A DNA stretch of 64,000 bases. Origin: a virus (taxonomy: Duplodnaviria > Caudoviricetes). Below are positions 43,086 through 51,241 of this stretch, piece after piece (positions within the stretch are counted from its first letter, which is position 1; each line of letters begins with the position of its first letter). A program made the position numbers and the translations under genes. The DNA is taken from the IMG/VR virus record IMGVR_UViG_3300037312_000330, positions 128,001 through 192,000 of that record; one strand, written 5' to 3'. Below the pieces are notes generated by a model. It did not search any database. It was not told the origin of the DNA and saw nothing but the letters and a program-made list of their open reading frames with translations.

Positions 43086-43268
43086 ATGGCTATTAGAAAC
43101 AGGATAACTGCTAGTGCGAAGACTTTCTATCAGGCCAACTACTCTCCGGAATGTGTACTCTTAAGCAGATCCAGGATTTCGCCACAGCTTGGAACAAATG
43201 GCGTGATGACTTCCGTAATGGAAAGAATCCGCCAGCCTTTAAATATCCATAATAGAAAACGACAATGA
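43086..43268 (+). CDS. Small protein with shared N-terminal tag (MAIRNRITA); possible frameshift
   Basis: RBS AGGA. Confidence 0.55.
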   Translation: MAIRNRITASAKTFYQANYSPECVLLSRSRISPQLGTNGVMTSVMERIRQPLNIHNRKRQ

Positions 43269-43921
43269 GACCAGAACGCAGTACCAAATGCTTCTTGCTC
43301 CAGCCTAGTGGCTTGCATCAGATACGTCTGCGACGTTTCACACGTGATGGCGGAGAGTGCCAATGCCTCGGTAACTATGGATACCACGATGCCAGCTTCA
43401 TCATCGACACACCGTTCAAGTTGACTGAGGATGAGGATGTCAACAAGAACATCCATCCAGGCGAAGTCCATGCTGGCATCGCCTACGACGATCTGCGTTG
43501 GCCCACACATTGCGCATGCGGCTACGAATTCCCCGATTCTGTAGGACGTCAGTTCTTCCCGGAAGAACTCTACGGCAGGGAAGGTACTGCTGAGCTAGTT
43601 ACGCTCCGTAATGCACCGCATGGAGCAATGTGGTATGCTACGTGGATGGAGGACTACCCCGCTATGTGTGGTCCGGATGGTAAGGCTCTGGTGGTCAAGG
43701 TACATGGACGCGAATGGCTAGTGGACAGTCGCGCCAGCAACTGCACGATGCCGGACGACAACGTACATAAATGCTGGATACGACACGGATCGCCACCGAA
43801 TGTGACTGTTGACAAGCAAGGTCATACGTGCGCGGCTGGCGCAGGATCCATATGGGTAGGAATGAACAGCCCGGACGGCTGGCACGGATTCTTACGTAAT
43901 GGGTTCCTAGAGGAGTGCTAA
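43265..43921 (+). CDS. Cys/His-rich protein with DUF6527-like C-terminus
   Basis: CWIRHGSPPNVTV...GSI...WHGFLRNG. Confidence 0.6.
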   Translation: MRPERSTKCFLLQPSGLHQIRLRRFTRDGGECQCLGNYGYHDASFIIDTPFKLTEDEDVNKNIHPGEVHAGIAYDDLRWPTHCACGYEFPDSVGRQFFPEELYGREGTAELVTLRNAPHGAMWYATWMEDYPAMCGPDGKALVVKVHGREWLVDSRASNCTMPDDNVHKCWIRHGSPPNVTVDKQGHTCAAGAGSIWVGMNSPDGWHGFLRNGFLEEC

Positions 43922-43922
43922 C

Positions 43923-44696
43923 ATGCCTGTCTTGCCAACGGCTCCGCCAGAAAAACCAGATCAAGACGAGAGTCTTACCGATCTCTCGGTGATTGGAGTA
44001 CCGGCGGAGTACCGAGATCAGTTTCCCCAAGTGGTCGCCTATCCATCGAAATTCAGTGACGCTGGATTCGATGTATGGAAGGCAATGCTGAAAGACCAGC
44101 GATTCACAAATCGCATGGTCAGCATGGGTACTAAGGACATGGCTTGGCATACAGCAATCCAGGAGTTCCTGCGACTGTGTGACGAGTCGAATATTGATCC
44201 GATCATCGGTGGTGCGCCAACTGCGCCAACTGCCTACTTCCACAATCAGGTGCGCAGAGGCCGCATCTTCTTGGTGGACTACGCGAACGAGATCGGCCTG
44301 TTCAAGAGGATAAAGATCCAGTTTGCTACGCGAGACATGCGAGAGTATATCCGCACAGACAACGGGTTCACTATCTACTCGTATGCTCGCATGTTTCCCG
44401 TACTGGATCCAACGCTTCCAAATTGGCTGACGAGCTTGCCGATGCCTCGCTTCATCAAACATCAGCGTACTCGCATGGTTGCTACTGTGAGACCGGGTGT
44501 CCGGTTCTGGGTCAATTGCGAGAACCTGCATCGTGTGTATGTAGGCCAAGAAATTGACGTCCCGAACAGTACGATCGACATCCCGGGCAATCACACCCCT
44601 ACGAGAGCCGAAGTGGATGCGTATATCGACTACCAGATTTGGATGCCTCTCGTCCGTTCCATCAAGTACGACGACATACCCAATAGATTATTTTGA
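43923..44696 (+). CDS. Hypothetical protein
   Basis: 257-aa ORF. Confidence 0.75.
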   Translation: MPVLPTAPPEKPDQDESLTDLSVIGVPAEYRDQFPQVVAYPSKFSDAGFDVWKAMLKDQRFTNRMVSMGTKDMAWHTAIQEFLRLCDESNIDPIIGGAPTAPTAYFHNQVRRGRIFLVDYANEIGLFKRIKIQFATRDMREYIRTDNGFTIYSYARMFPVLDPTLPNWLTSLPMPRFIKHQRTRMVATVRPGVRFWVNCENLHRVYVGQEIDVPNSTIDIPGNHTPTRAEVDAYIDYQIWMPLVRSIKYDDIPNRLF

Positions 44697-44710
44697 TGGA
44701 AAATCATATC

Positions 44711-44718
44711 CTGTAAAT
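44711..44718 (+). promoter_or_regulatory. CTGTAAAT motif
   Basis: Intergenic, upstream of 44733 and the SNF2 gene. Confidence 0.45.
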
Positions 44719-44732
44719 AGGCATTATAACCC

Positions 44733-44975
44733 ATGATCTACAACCAGCTAGAGTCGATGAGCGATGAGGAGATCGACAGTGCGATCGTCGACATACTCGC
44801 TCAGTTTGAGGACAACGAACGCGACTTCGGTCTGGCGTCGGTGACGTACAATTCGAAGTTCTTTTCCGATCTTCCTGCTGCGTTCAAGAAACGCGCGTGT
44901 CTTGCTCTGAAGAATCATTTCACGAATCAAACGAACAACTACTGGAATGAGCAGTCCGAAAACCAATTCATATAA
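44733..44975 (+). CDS. Hypothetical protein
   Basis: ORF track. Confidence 0.6.
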   Translation: MIYNQLESMSDEEIDSAIVDILAQFEDNERDFGLASVTYNSKFFSDLPAAFKKRACLALKNHFTNQTNNYWNEQSENQFI

Positions 44976-44990
44976 ACCCCGAGGATAATA

Positions 44991-47900
44991 ATGCGACCAC
45001 TAACCAACCTTCGGCAACAGGTACAATTCAAGCTGGACAAGAAAGAGATGCGCTCCGGCTTCGTTGGCATCTTTGATCCGAAGCTGGGATCCCGCAACGT
45101 CCTGAATCAGGTATATTACTGTCTGGTGGCAGACGCCATCTGTCCGACAGTGCGCAACATCGCACCAGATGCTGATCTTGTCAAGAAGATCATGTCTCCT
45201 AGCGAGGGAGTGCCAAGCCCATTGCGAGATAAGGACCGCAAACGTGTCGTGCACTCTGTTCTGAAGAAGAACAATGCTGCTAAGCGTCTTGAGTTCCGTA
45301 CTACGCTGGGCATCGTTAGCGACAAGTACATGACCAGCTCGCTGGACATGGCTGGAGTCTTTCAAGGTCCTCTTAACATACAGGATCATGACTACCAACT
45401 GTCTGGTGACTATGCCACCAATCCGTCTATCGGCGGTGGAAAGATAATCACTGGAAAAGAAGTAGCGAGCTGGAAAAACATCCACCCGAAGGCGCGTGCG
45501 ATGTTCGAGACCTGTCTCGAGAAGATTGAAGCAACACAGTCCAACGGTCAGGTGTGGATTTGGGCAACTTGGATCATTTCCCAGAAGGAAGCCGAGTACC
45601 TGTGCAATTGCAAGTGGATGGAGTTGCGCATGAGCGACATCTATCCTACATTGATCGATTGGGTTGCTTCGATCTTTGGACGTTACACGCGTCTTCCGAA
45701 GACGATCTCCAAAGTGTCAATGATCGCGCACGAGGTCAAGGAAACTCTGGCTGCCGCGAAAGGAACGGTCAAGCCACGCGTCGGTGTTGACGGCATCGTA
45801 GCAGACATCAATGGTGGCTTCTACGTTATCCCAGAAGTTGATCAGAGTGCTCAGTATGAGCAGATGCTGATGGACTTTGGTCTCAAACCAGATGGCACCT
45901 ATTCGTGGGCACAGATCAAGAGCCTAGGAGGTCTGGGTGCTGGTGATGCCAGTCCAGTAGGTGGTGAGGATGACGACGAGGGTAACGGAGAAGGTAACGA
46001 CGATCTTCAGGAAGACAACGGAGACGAAGAGACCCTCCAGATAGACCTCAACGAAACGAAGCAGTCTGGTGGAAAGAAACTACCGGCCAACATGCCGATC
46101 TTCAGCGACTGGCTGAACGACAAGTTCGTGTATTCGAATACCGCTGGTAACTTGGCGGTCTACGATCTGTCGGACACCATGCCTGCCAAGGAGTTCCACT
46201 TCTCCGAGTGGCTGTCTACTACCATAACTGGAAATGAGCAGCGCGGATCTGGTTCTGCAGCTATCATGGCGCAGATGGTGAACGTTGCTGGACAGCTAGA
46301 CGGCACTGTATGGGATGCTCCTAAAGCCGATGATTTTGCTGGCTCTGAGATGGCGATGTCTATTCTCAGTCTGCCGAAGAATCAGGAACAACCACGTTCC
46401 TTCGCTGGTGCAATGGATATGGCGTTCCGTCTACAGACTCAGGTCTACGAAGGCGATGAAGACAAAATGCCGTATGCAGAACGCGGCACGAAGTTCTACT
46501 ACGTAAAGATCGAAGACCTTCAGCCAGAGTCGCAGTTCGATGGTTTCAAGTTCGTTGGTCGCATCCTTCTAAAAGCGGCTAAGGCCATCGAAGAGAACAT
46601 GGAGGTTCTCTACAATCGCATGTCTGTGATGTCGGCCCTCCAGTTGCTGGCCTACAGCCGTATGATCAAGCATGCTCCACACGCACATGTGATCCGCGAA
46701 CAGGACATGGCGAAGCGAGGCAAGTACATCAATCAGGCTGTAGATCCGAACTATAAGCTGAAACCTATCCCGAACATTCACGACAAGATCGTTCTGCGTC
46801 CACACCAATATAAGGTGCAGAACCTGATGCGAGAGCATCCGGAGAACGCTGCGTATCCAGTGGACGCCGGCGGTGGTAAGACGATCCTGATCCTGCTGAA
46901 CATCTTGGAAGAGATGCGAGACGGCAAGATTAAGAAGCCCATCATAGCTTGCCCAAGTACTCTGGTCGATCAGTACGTGCAGGAAGCCGTGGACCAAACG
47001 CATGGCCGAGTCAACATCATCCCTGTTACGAACCAGACAGCACGCATGCACGGTCTGGAACGTCTGCAGAAGATGATTGAGACTGCTCCGCCAAATACGA
47101 TCGTAGTCACAGACTTCGATTTCGTGAAGGGTAAGAATAAGAACGTAGCGTACGGAAACAAGTCGGTGGTCGTGTGGAACAACGCTGAATGGCTGCGTCA
47201 GTTCGAATTCGATCTGATCGCCATCGACGAAGTCCATAAGCTGAAGAACCTCGCGTCTGCACGTAGACAAGCAGTCGCGCGCCTGATGCAGGACATCCCT
47301 TATAAGCGGATCGCATCGGGAACTCTGGTAGATGATACCCTCGTCGATCTCGTGTCACAAGTAGCTTTGTTCGATCCTACGATCTTTGGATCTCAGGAGA
47401 AGTTCAAGTCTACATACGCTGCTTCTGAACGGGGTGGTAAGGTTCTGGCGTGGCGACAAGGTGCTCAGAAGGAGATCCAACAACGCATTTCCGAACATTG
47501 TATCTGGGCACAGGCGAAGCGCAAGGAATGGGCGGCTCTGCTTCCCACTCCGGTTGAGCAATTCTGGGCAGTGAACCTGACCGAAAACCAGCGACTTCTT
47601 TACGACTCGATCCTCAAGGAAACTACAGATCTGATCGAAGAGGCGATGGCCAAGAACCCGGAGCTGAAAGAGGCACTGGAGTCTGGTGATGAGACGCTGG
47701 CAGACGATCTGGAATCCATGTTGCGGCCTTACCTGTCGCGCCTGGAACGTTTCTTGTCGGCGCCTGAAGTCGACGAAGCTGCTTCTATCTTTCTCAAAAG
47801 CCCAGAAGACTTGGTTAGTCCGAAGGTGAGGAAGGTTCACGAGATATGTCGTGAACACATCGAACGGAAGATTCCTGGAAAGATCGTGATCTTCACGAAC

Positions 47901-49715
47901 TACACTGCCAGTGCAAAGGCAGTGTATGACCACGCGCCGCCGGATCTGAAGAAGTTGATGATCCACTACACGGCTGGTCGTAAGATGGAATGCCGTGCGC
48001 AGTTTGCGAAGGATGACAGGAAGCTCATCATGGTTGGTCAGTCGTCATCTATGGACACTGGCATCAACTTCCAAGTTGCAAGCCGTTTGATTCGCATGGA
48101 AACCATCTGGACTCCAGGTACTCTGGAACAAGGTAACGCGCGTATCAATCGTCCGCAGTTGAAATCTAAGGAGGCACGTACTCACGTATACTTCGATTGG
48201 TTGGCTGTAAACCGTTCGATCGACATTACAAAGATTGCACGCCTGACTGCGAAGATCATTTCGAAGGCCAAGTTCGACAACGCCAAGGAAGGAACCTACG
48301 ACAAAGTTGCCGACATGAAGGTGATCCCCATGCGGATCTCCACAATCGCGTCGAAAAACGATTTCGCAACCGACCTCAAGGATTATCTGCTAGCCTATCA
48401 GGACATGCAGAGGCTCCGAGACAAGGACTATGCTGATTACATTCGGGACAATCCCGACAAAATTGATCCAGTAGCCCAACCTCAGGGTGGAATGCTCAAG
48501 GGTTCCAAGCTGATGTCCAGAGTTCCGTATGTTCCAGGCATGACTATCTATGGTACGGAACAACTTGGGCTGGTTCGCTACGATGAATTCTGCAACATCG
48601 ACCTTGATGAACTTGAACTTGAAGACAACGAAGTTGACGAAGGCGGCAAGGACGATGAAGAGAAGGTAGCAGAAGACGACCCCAAGAAAGCAGAAAAGCT
48701 GCGTCACATCGCACAGTTGAAGCTGCGCTGGGCTGCTGAACTCGAACTGGCGATGAACATGCCGTGTCACACCGAATTCGGCGACGGAGTTATCTACGGA
48801 GCTCGCCGCAAGGTGTGGGTTCGTCTTCGCACCGGCGAAGTGCTTCGTGTTCCCAAGTTGCAGACGTTCGTCATAACACGCACGACAACTAACGCAAAGG
48901 ACATGCGTAAGGAGTTGCTGAAGGCCGTTGGCGATGTTCCTCTGACAGAACCGATCGAAGTCCCGGTAGAAGTGGGTGGTGAGACAAACAAACGCCGCAA
49001 GAAGATTGAGGACCAAGAGATCAAGAAGGGCAAACGAGGCGGAAAAATCATTGAGGAAGAACCTGAAGTCGACGAAGAGGAAGCCAAACCTCAAGCCAGC
49101 TTCCAGTTCACTGTCATCAATGACATGTTGGCGATTATGCTCGATGTTGAGAACTCCAGCGATGGAGTTGCCGAGGCGATGCAAAACTATGGCTTCAAGA
49201 TCAGCCCGGAGTATTGGTTCTGCCGCTTGAAGGGTCCGAAGATGATGCTCAAGCTGTTCAACACATTGGCGGCGAAGGGTTTTACTATCGACAAGAAGAC
49301 CAGCGACCACTTGCGTTCCATCTGGGCGTATATGGAAAAGCATGGTCGTCAGATGATCGGTCAAGTGGGGTTTGCCTCAACTCTCGACATCACGCACTTC
49401 CACAGGGAGGTCATTAAGCCAAGCTCCGATCCGAAGCACCTGAAGATCTATCCTATGGTGCAAGACGGTGTCTTGTATATGGTGGCTCCTTCTAAGGGTC
49501 AGACTGGCAACAACAAGGCTGTCCATGTACAAGTGCCGCAGATCCAGTGGAAGCGCGGTGGTGGTGCTGACGAGTTCCTGCGCTTCTGCCACAACAAGAA
49601 CGAAGCGAAGGACGTGCTGGCAAAGATCAAGGAAGATGGGTTTGAGATCCTGAATTCTGATGAACTTGGCAAGCAATGGAAGGCACTTAAGATAGGACCG
49701 CGAGTGAAATCGTAA
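44991..49715 (+). CDS. Large SNF2-family helicase/translocase
   Basis: LRPHQ (Q motif), DAGGGKT (I), IAIDEVHKLKN (II), ASGT (III), TGINFQVASRLI..ETIWTPGTLEQGNARINR (V/VI). Confidence 0.9.
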   Translation: MRPLTNLRQQVQFKLDKKEMRSGFVGIFDPKLGSRNVLNQVYYCLVADAICPTVRNIAPDADLVKKIMSPSEGVPSPLRDKDRKRVVHSVLKKNNAAKRLEFRTTLGIVSDKYMTSSLDMAGVFQGPLNIQDHDYQLSGDYATNPSIGGGKIITGKEVASWKNIHPKARAMFETCLEKIEATQSNGQVWIWATWIISQKEAEYLCNCKWMELRMSDIYPTLIDWVASIFGRYTRLPKTISKVSMIAHEVKETLAAAKGTVKPRVGVDGIVADINGGFYVIPEVDQSAQYEQMLMDFGLKPDGTYSWAQIKSLGGLGAGDASPVGGEDDDEGNGEGNDDLQEDNGDEETLQIDLNETKQSGGKKLPANMPIFSDWLNDKFVYSNTAGNLAVYDLSDTMPAKEFHFSEWLSTTITGNEQRGSGSAAIMAQMVNVAGQLDGTVWDAPKADDFAGSEMAMSILSLPKNQEQPRSFAGAMDMAFRLQTQVYEGDEDKMPYAERGTKFYYVKIEDLQPESQFDGFKFVGRILLKAAKAIEENMEVLYNRMSVMSALQLLAYSRMIKHAPHAHVIREQDMAKRGKYINQAVDPNYKLKPIPNIHDKIVLRPHQYKVQNLMREHPENAAYPVDAGGGKTILILLNILEEMRDGKIKKPIIACPSTLVDQYVQEAVDQTHGRVNIIPVTNQTARMHGLERLQKMIETAPPNTIVVTDFDFVKGKNKNVAYGNKSVVVWNNAEWLRQFEFDLIAIDEVHKLKNLASARRQAVARLMQDIPYKRIASGTLVDDTLVDLVSQVALFDPTIFGSQEKFKSTYAASERGGKVLAWRQGAQKEIQQRISEHCIWAQAKRKEWAALLPTPVEQFWAVNLTENQRLLYDSILKETTDLIEEAMAKNPELKEALESGDETLADDLESMLRPYLSRLERFLSAPEVDEAASIFLKSPEDLVSPKVRKVHEICREHIERKIPGKIVIFTNYTASAKAVYDHAPPDLKKLMIHYTAGRKMECRAQFAKDDRKLIMVGQSSSMDTGINFQVASRLIRMETIWTPGTLEQGNARINRPQLKSKEARTHVYFDWLAVNRSIDITKIARLTAKIISKAKFDNAKEGTYDKVADMKVIPMRISTIASKNDFATDLKDYLLAYQDMQRLRDKDYADYIRDNPDKIDPVAQPQGGMLKGSKLMSRVPYVPGMTIYGTEQLGLVRYDEFCNIDLDELELEDNEVDEGGKDDEEKVAEDDPKKAEKLRHIAQLKLRWAAELELAMNMPCHTEFGDGVIYGARRKVWVRLRTGEVLRVPKLQTFVITRTTTNAKDMRKELLKAVGDVPLTEPIEVPVEVGGETNKRRKKIEDQEIKKGKRGGKIIEEEPEVDEEEAKPQASFQFTVINDMLAIMLDVENSSDGVAEAMQNYGFKISPEYWFCRLKGPKMMLKLFNTLAAKGFTIDKKTSDHLRSIWAYMEKHGRQMIGQVGFASTLDITHFHREVIKPSSDPKHLKIYPMVQDGVLYMVAPSKGQTGNNKAVHVQVPQIQWKRGGGADEFLRFCHNKNEAKDVLAKIKEDGFEILNSDELGKQWKALKIGPRVKS

Positions 49716-49764
49716 GTGGGTGGGCTACGGCCCACTCTCTATTATCAACAACACAAGGCAACAT

Positions 49765-50337
49765 ATGAAATTCGAAACACAAGACGACATCCATGCTCTT
49801 CTGATCAACTATCTAGCCGGCAAGGGCTTTCTCTCTGAGAAACAAGCGGCCTCCGGATGGCATCCGGACGTTGAGAAGATCTACAAAGATTATGCACACC
49901 ATGGACTCGGAGTACCGCATCCGGTTATGGTCCCGCATGATGCATCCTTGATCCCGCAGGTGATCCTGGAAGACGCCGGTCTCGTAGGGCAGTTCGCAAA
50001 GCCGGGTGTAGCCGCTGCATCAACAATGCACTCTAGCGAAGAGCAGAATAGCACACCTGCTGAAGATGTAATTAAGGAGGATGATAACGGTGACCTATCG
50101 TTCATGCTCCAGACTGGTCTTAATCAACCGAAGGTCCCAACCGAGGGTGAGAAACTTGCTGACGTTGTGAAGACTGGCACGGAGGAAGTGGCATCCGAGC
50201 TGGAGTCTGGCGATGTAGTGACCAAGGAATCGTTGGAAACAGAGAAGAAGGTAGATGAGGAAGCAGAGTCCGATGAAGCACCTGCATCTGACGTAACTAT
50301 CGATTCTGACGACGATCTCGACTCGATCGACGCGTAA
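49765..50337 (+). CDS. Acidic hypothetical protein
   Basis: RBS AAGG; D/E-rich C-terminus. Confidence 0.75.
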   Translation: MKFETQDDIHALLINYLAGKGFLSEKQAASGWHPDVEKIYKDYAHHGLGVPHPVMVPHDASLIPQVILEDAGLVGQFAKPGVAAASTMHSSEEQNSTPAEDVIKEDDNGDLSFMLQTGLNQPKVPTEGEKLADVVKTGTEEVASELESGDVVTKESLETEKKVDEEAESDEAPASDVTIDSDDDLDSIDA

Positions 50338-50343
50338 GCCATC

Positions 50344-50526
50344 GTGATGAAGATCGTGCTCCTATGCTGCTGCGCAATGGTAGTTGGGTGCGCGGTCAAG
50401 TACGAACAATGTCGTCCATCAGCTAGCGCCGAAATCAAGCAAGACTGCACCTCCAACGGGTTGCACCCAATGGAGTGCTTGGGTCAGCTTTGGATCAAGA
50501 TAACATGTCCAACGGAAAACCTTTAG
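50344..50526 (+). CDS. Putative small lipoprotein
   Basis: MKIVLLCCCAMVVGC signal peptide/lipobox. Confidence 0.55.
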   Translation: MMKIVLLCCCAMVVGCAVKYEQCRPSASAEIKQDCTSNGLHPMECLGQLWIKITCPTENL

Positions 50527-50533
50527 CCTAACG

Positions 50534-50890
50534 ATGAAGAACATACACTTGAACATGGAAGGCGCAAGCAGTACATGCGCCACCGCAATCGCATGTAAAT
50601 GCAGAGGCCCACAAGGTGACGACCCGTGTTGCCCGTGTGAGATGATTCATGTGCAGATCATCAATGGACGCTACATGAAAATTGTTGATCTTGGTCCTGC
50701 ACCGAGTCATCTTAAGGACAGGCCACTTCCGCAACACAAATTCTGGGGAGCTGGGGAGGCCGACTGTCCGGAAGACCTGAAAGCACCGAATGGCGAGTTG
50801 GTCGACATGCGCTGCAAGATGTGCGGCGACGGATGGCGCAAAAGCGGTGACGTATGTTGGGCGGCGTTCCAAAATCGGGGGTCGAAATGA
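50534..50890 (+). CDS. Cys-rich hypothetical protein
   Basis: ACKC, CCPC, CKMC. Confidence 0.6.
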   Translation: MKNIHLNMEGASSTCATAIACKCRGPQGDDPCCPCEMIHVQIINGRYMKIVDLGPAPSHLKDRPLPQHKFWGAGEADCPEDLKAPNGELVDMRCKMCGDGWRKSGDVCWAAFQNRGSK

Positions 50891-50923
50891 GAGAAGGTTG
50901 GGACAGCTGAAGAGCTGTAAATG

Positions 50924-50955
50924 AAAGGGTCGCTCCGCAAGGATCGGCCCTTTTT
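50924..50955 (+). terminator. Rho-independent terminator
   Basis: AAAGGGTCG-CTCC-GCAA-GGAT-CGGCCCTTT-TT; CTGTAAAT directly upstream (50915-50922). Confidence 0.75.
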
Positions 50956-50973
50956 CATTTGCGGAGTCGAAAC

Positions 50974-51186
50974 GTGACCCATCCCAATAATCTAGGCATT
51001 CCAACTGATCATGGCCACCAACACACCGACGAGAACGGGATGCTTGTCAAGTGTTATCACAAGTGTCGAACGGAACTATCCAGTGCGGGGTTCTGGGTTG
51101 GAGTGACCATTAGCTTTCCGGTCGAACACTTCTTGTGGGAGAAAGTGTGGCCTCTTAAGATGATTACACATTGGCTTGGCCTATGA
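50974..51186 (+). CDS. Small hypothetical protein
   Basis: RBS GGAG; GTG start. Confidence 0.6.
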   Translation: MTHPNNLGIPTDHGHQHTDENGMLVKCYHKCRTELSSAGFWVGVTISFPVEHFLWEKVWPLKMITHWLGL

Positions 51187-51202
51187 GTCAGCAAGCACCG
51201 AG

Positions 51203-51210
51203 CTGTAAAT
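51203..51210 (+). promoter_or_regulatory. CTGTAAAT motif upstream of DNA polymerase
   Basis: Intergenic. Confidence 0.5.
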
Positions 51211-51241
51211 TGGTGTCTATAACAACCCATAGAGGTCCTCC

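Noticed and set aside
29694-44696. Calling a major capsid, portal, terminase or tail gene in the late cluster
   Set aside because: No diagnostic motif recognised; the virion role of this cluster is inferred only
21768-50600. TGTAAAT at 21768 and 50594 as promoters
   Set aside because: Inside coding regions, preceded by A rather than C/T, and not near a downstream start
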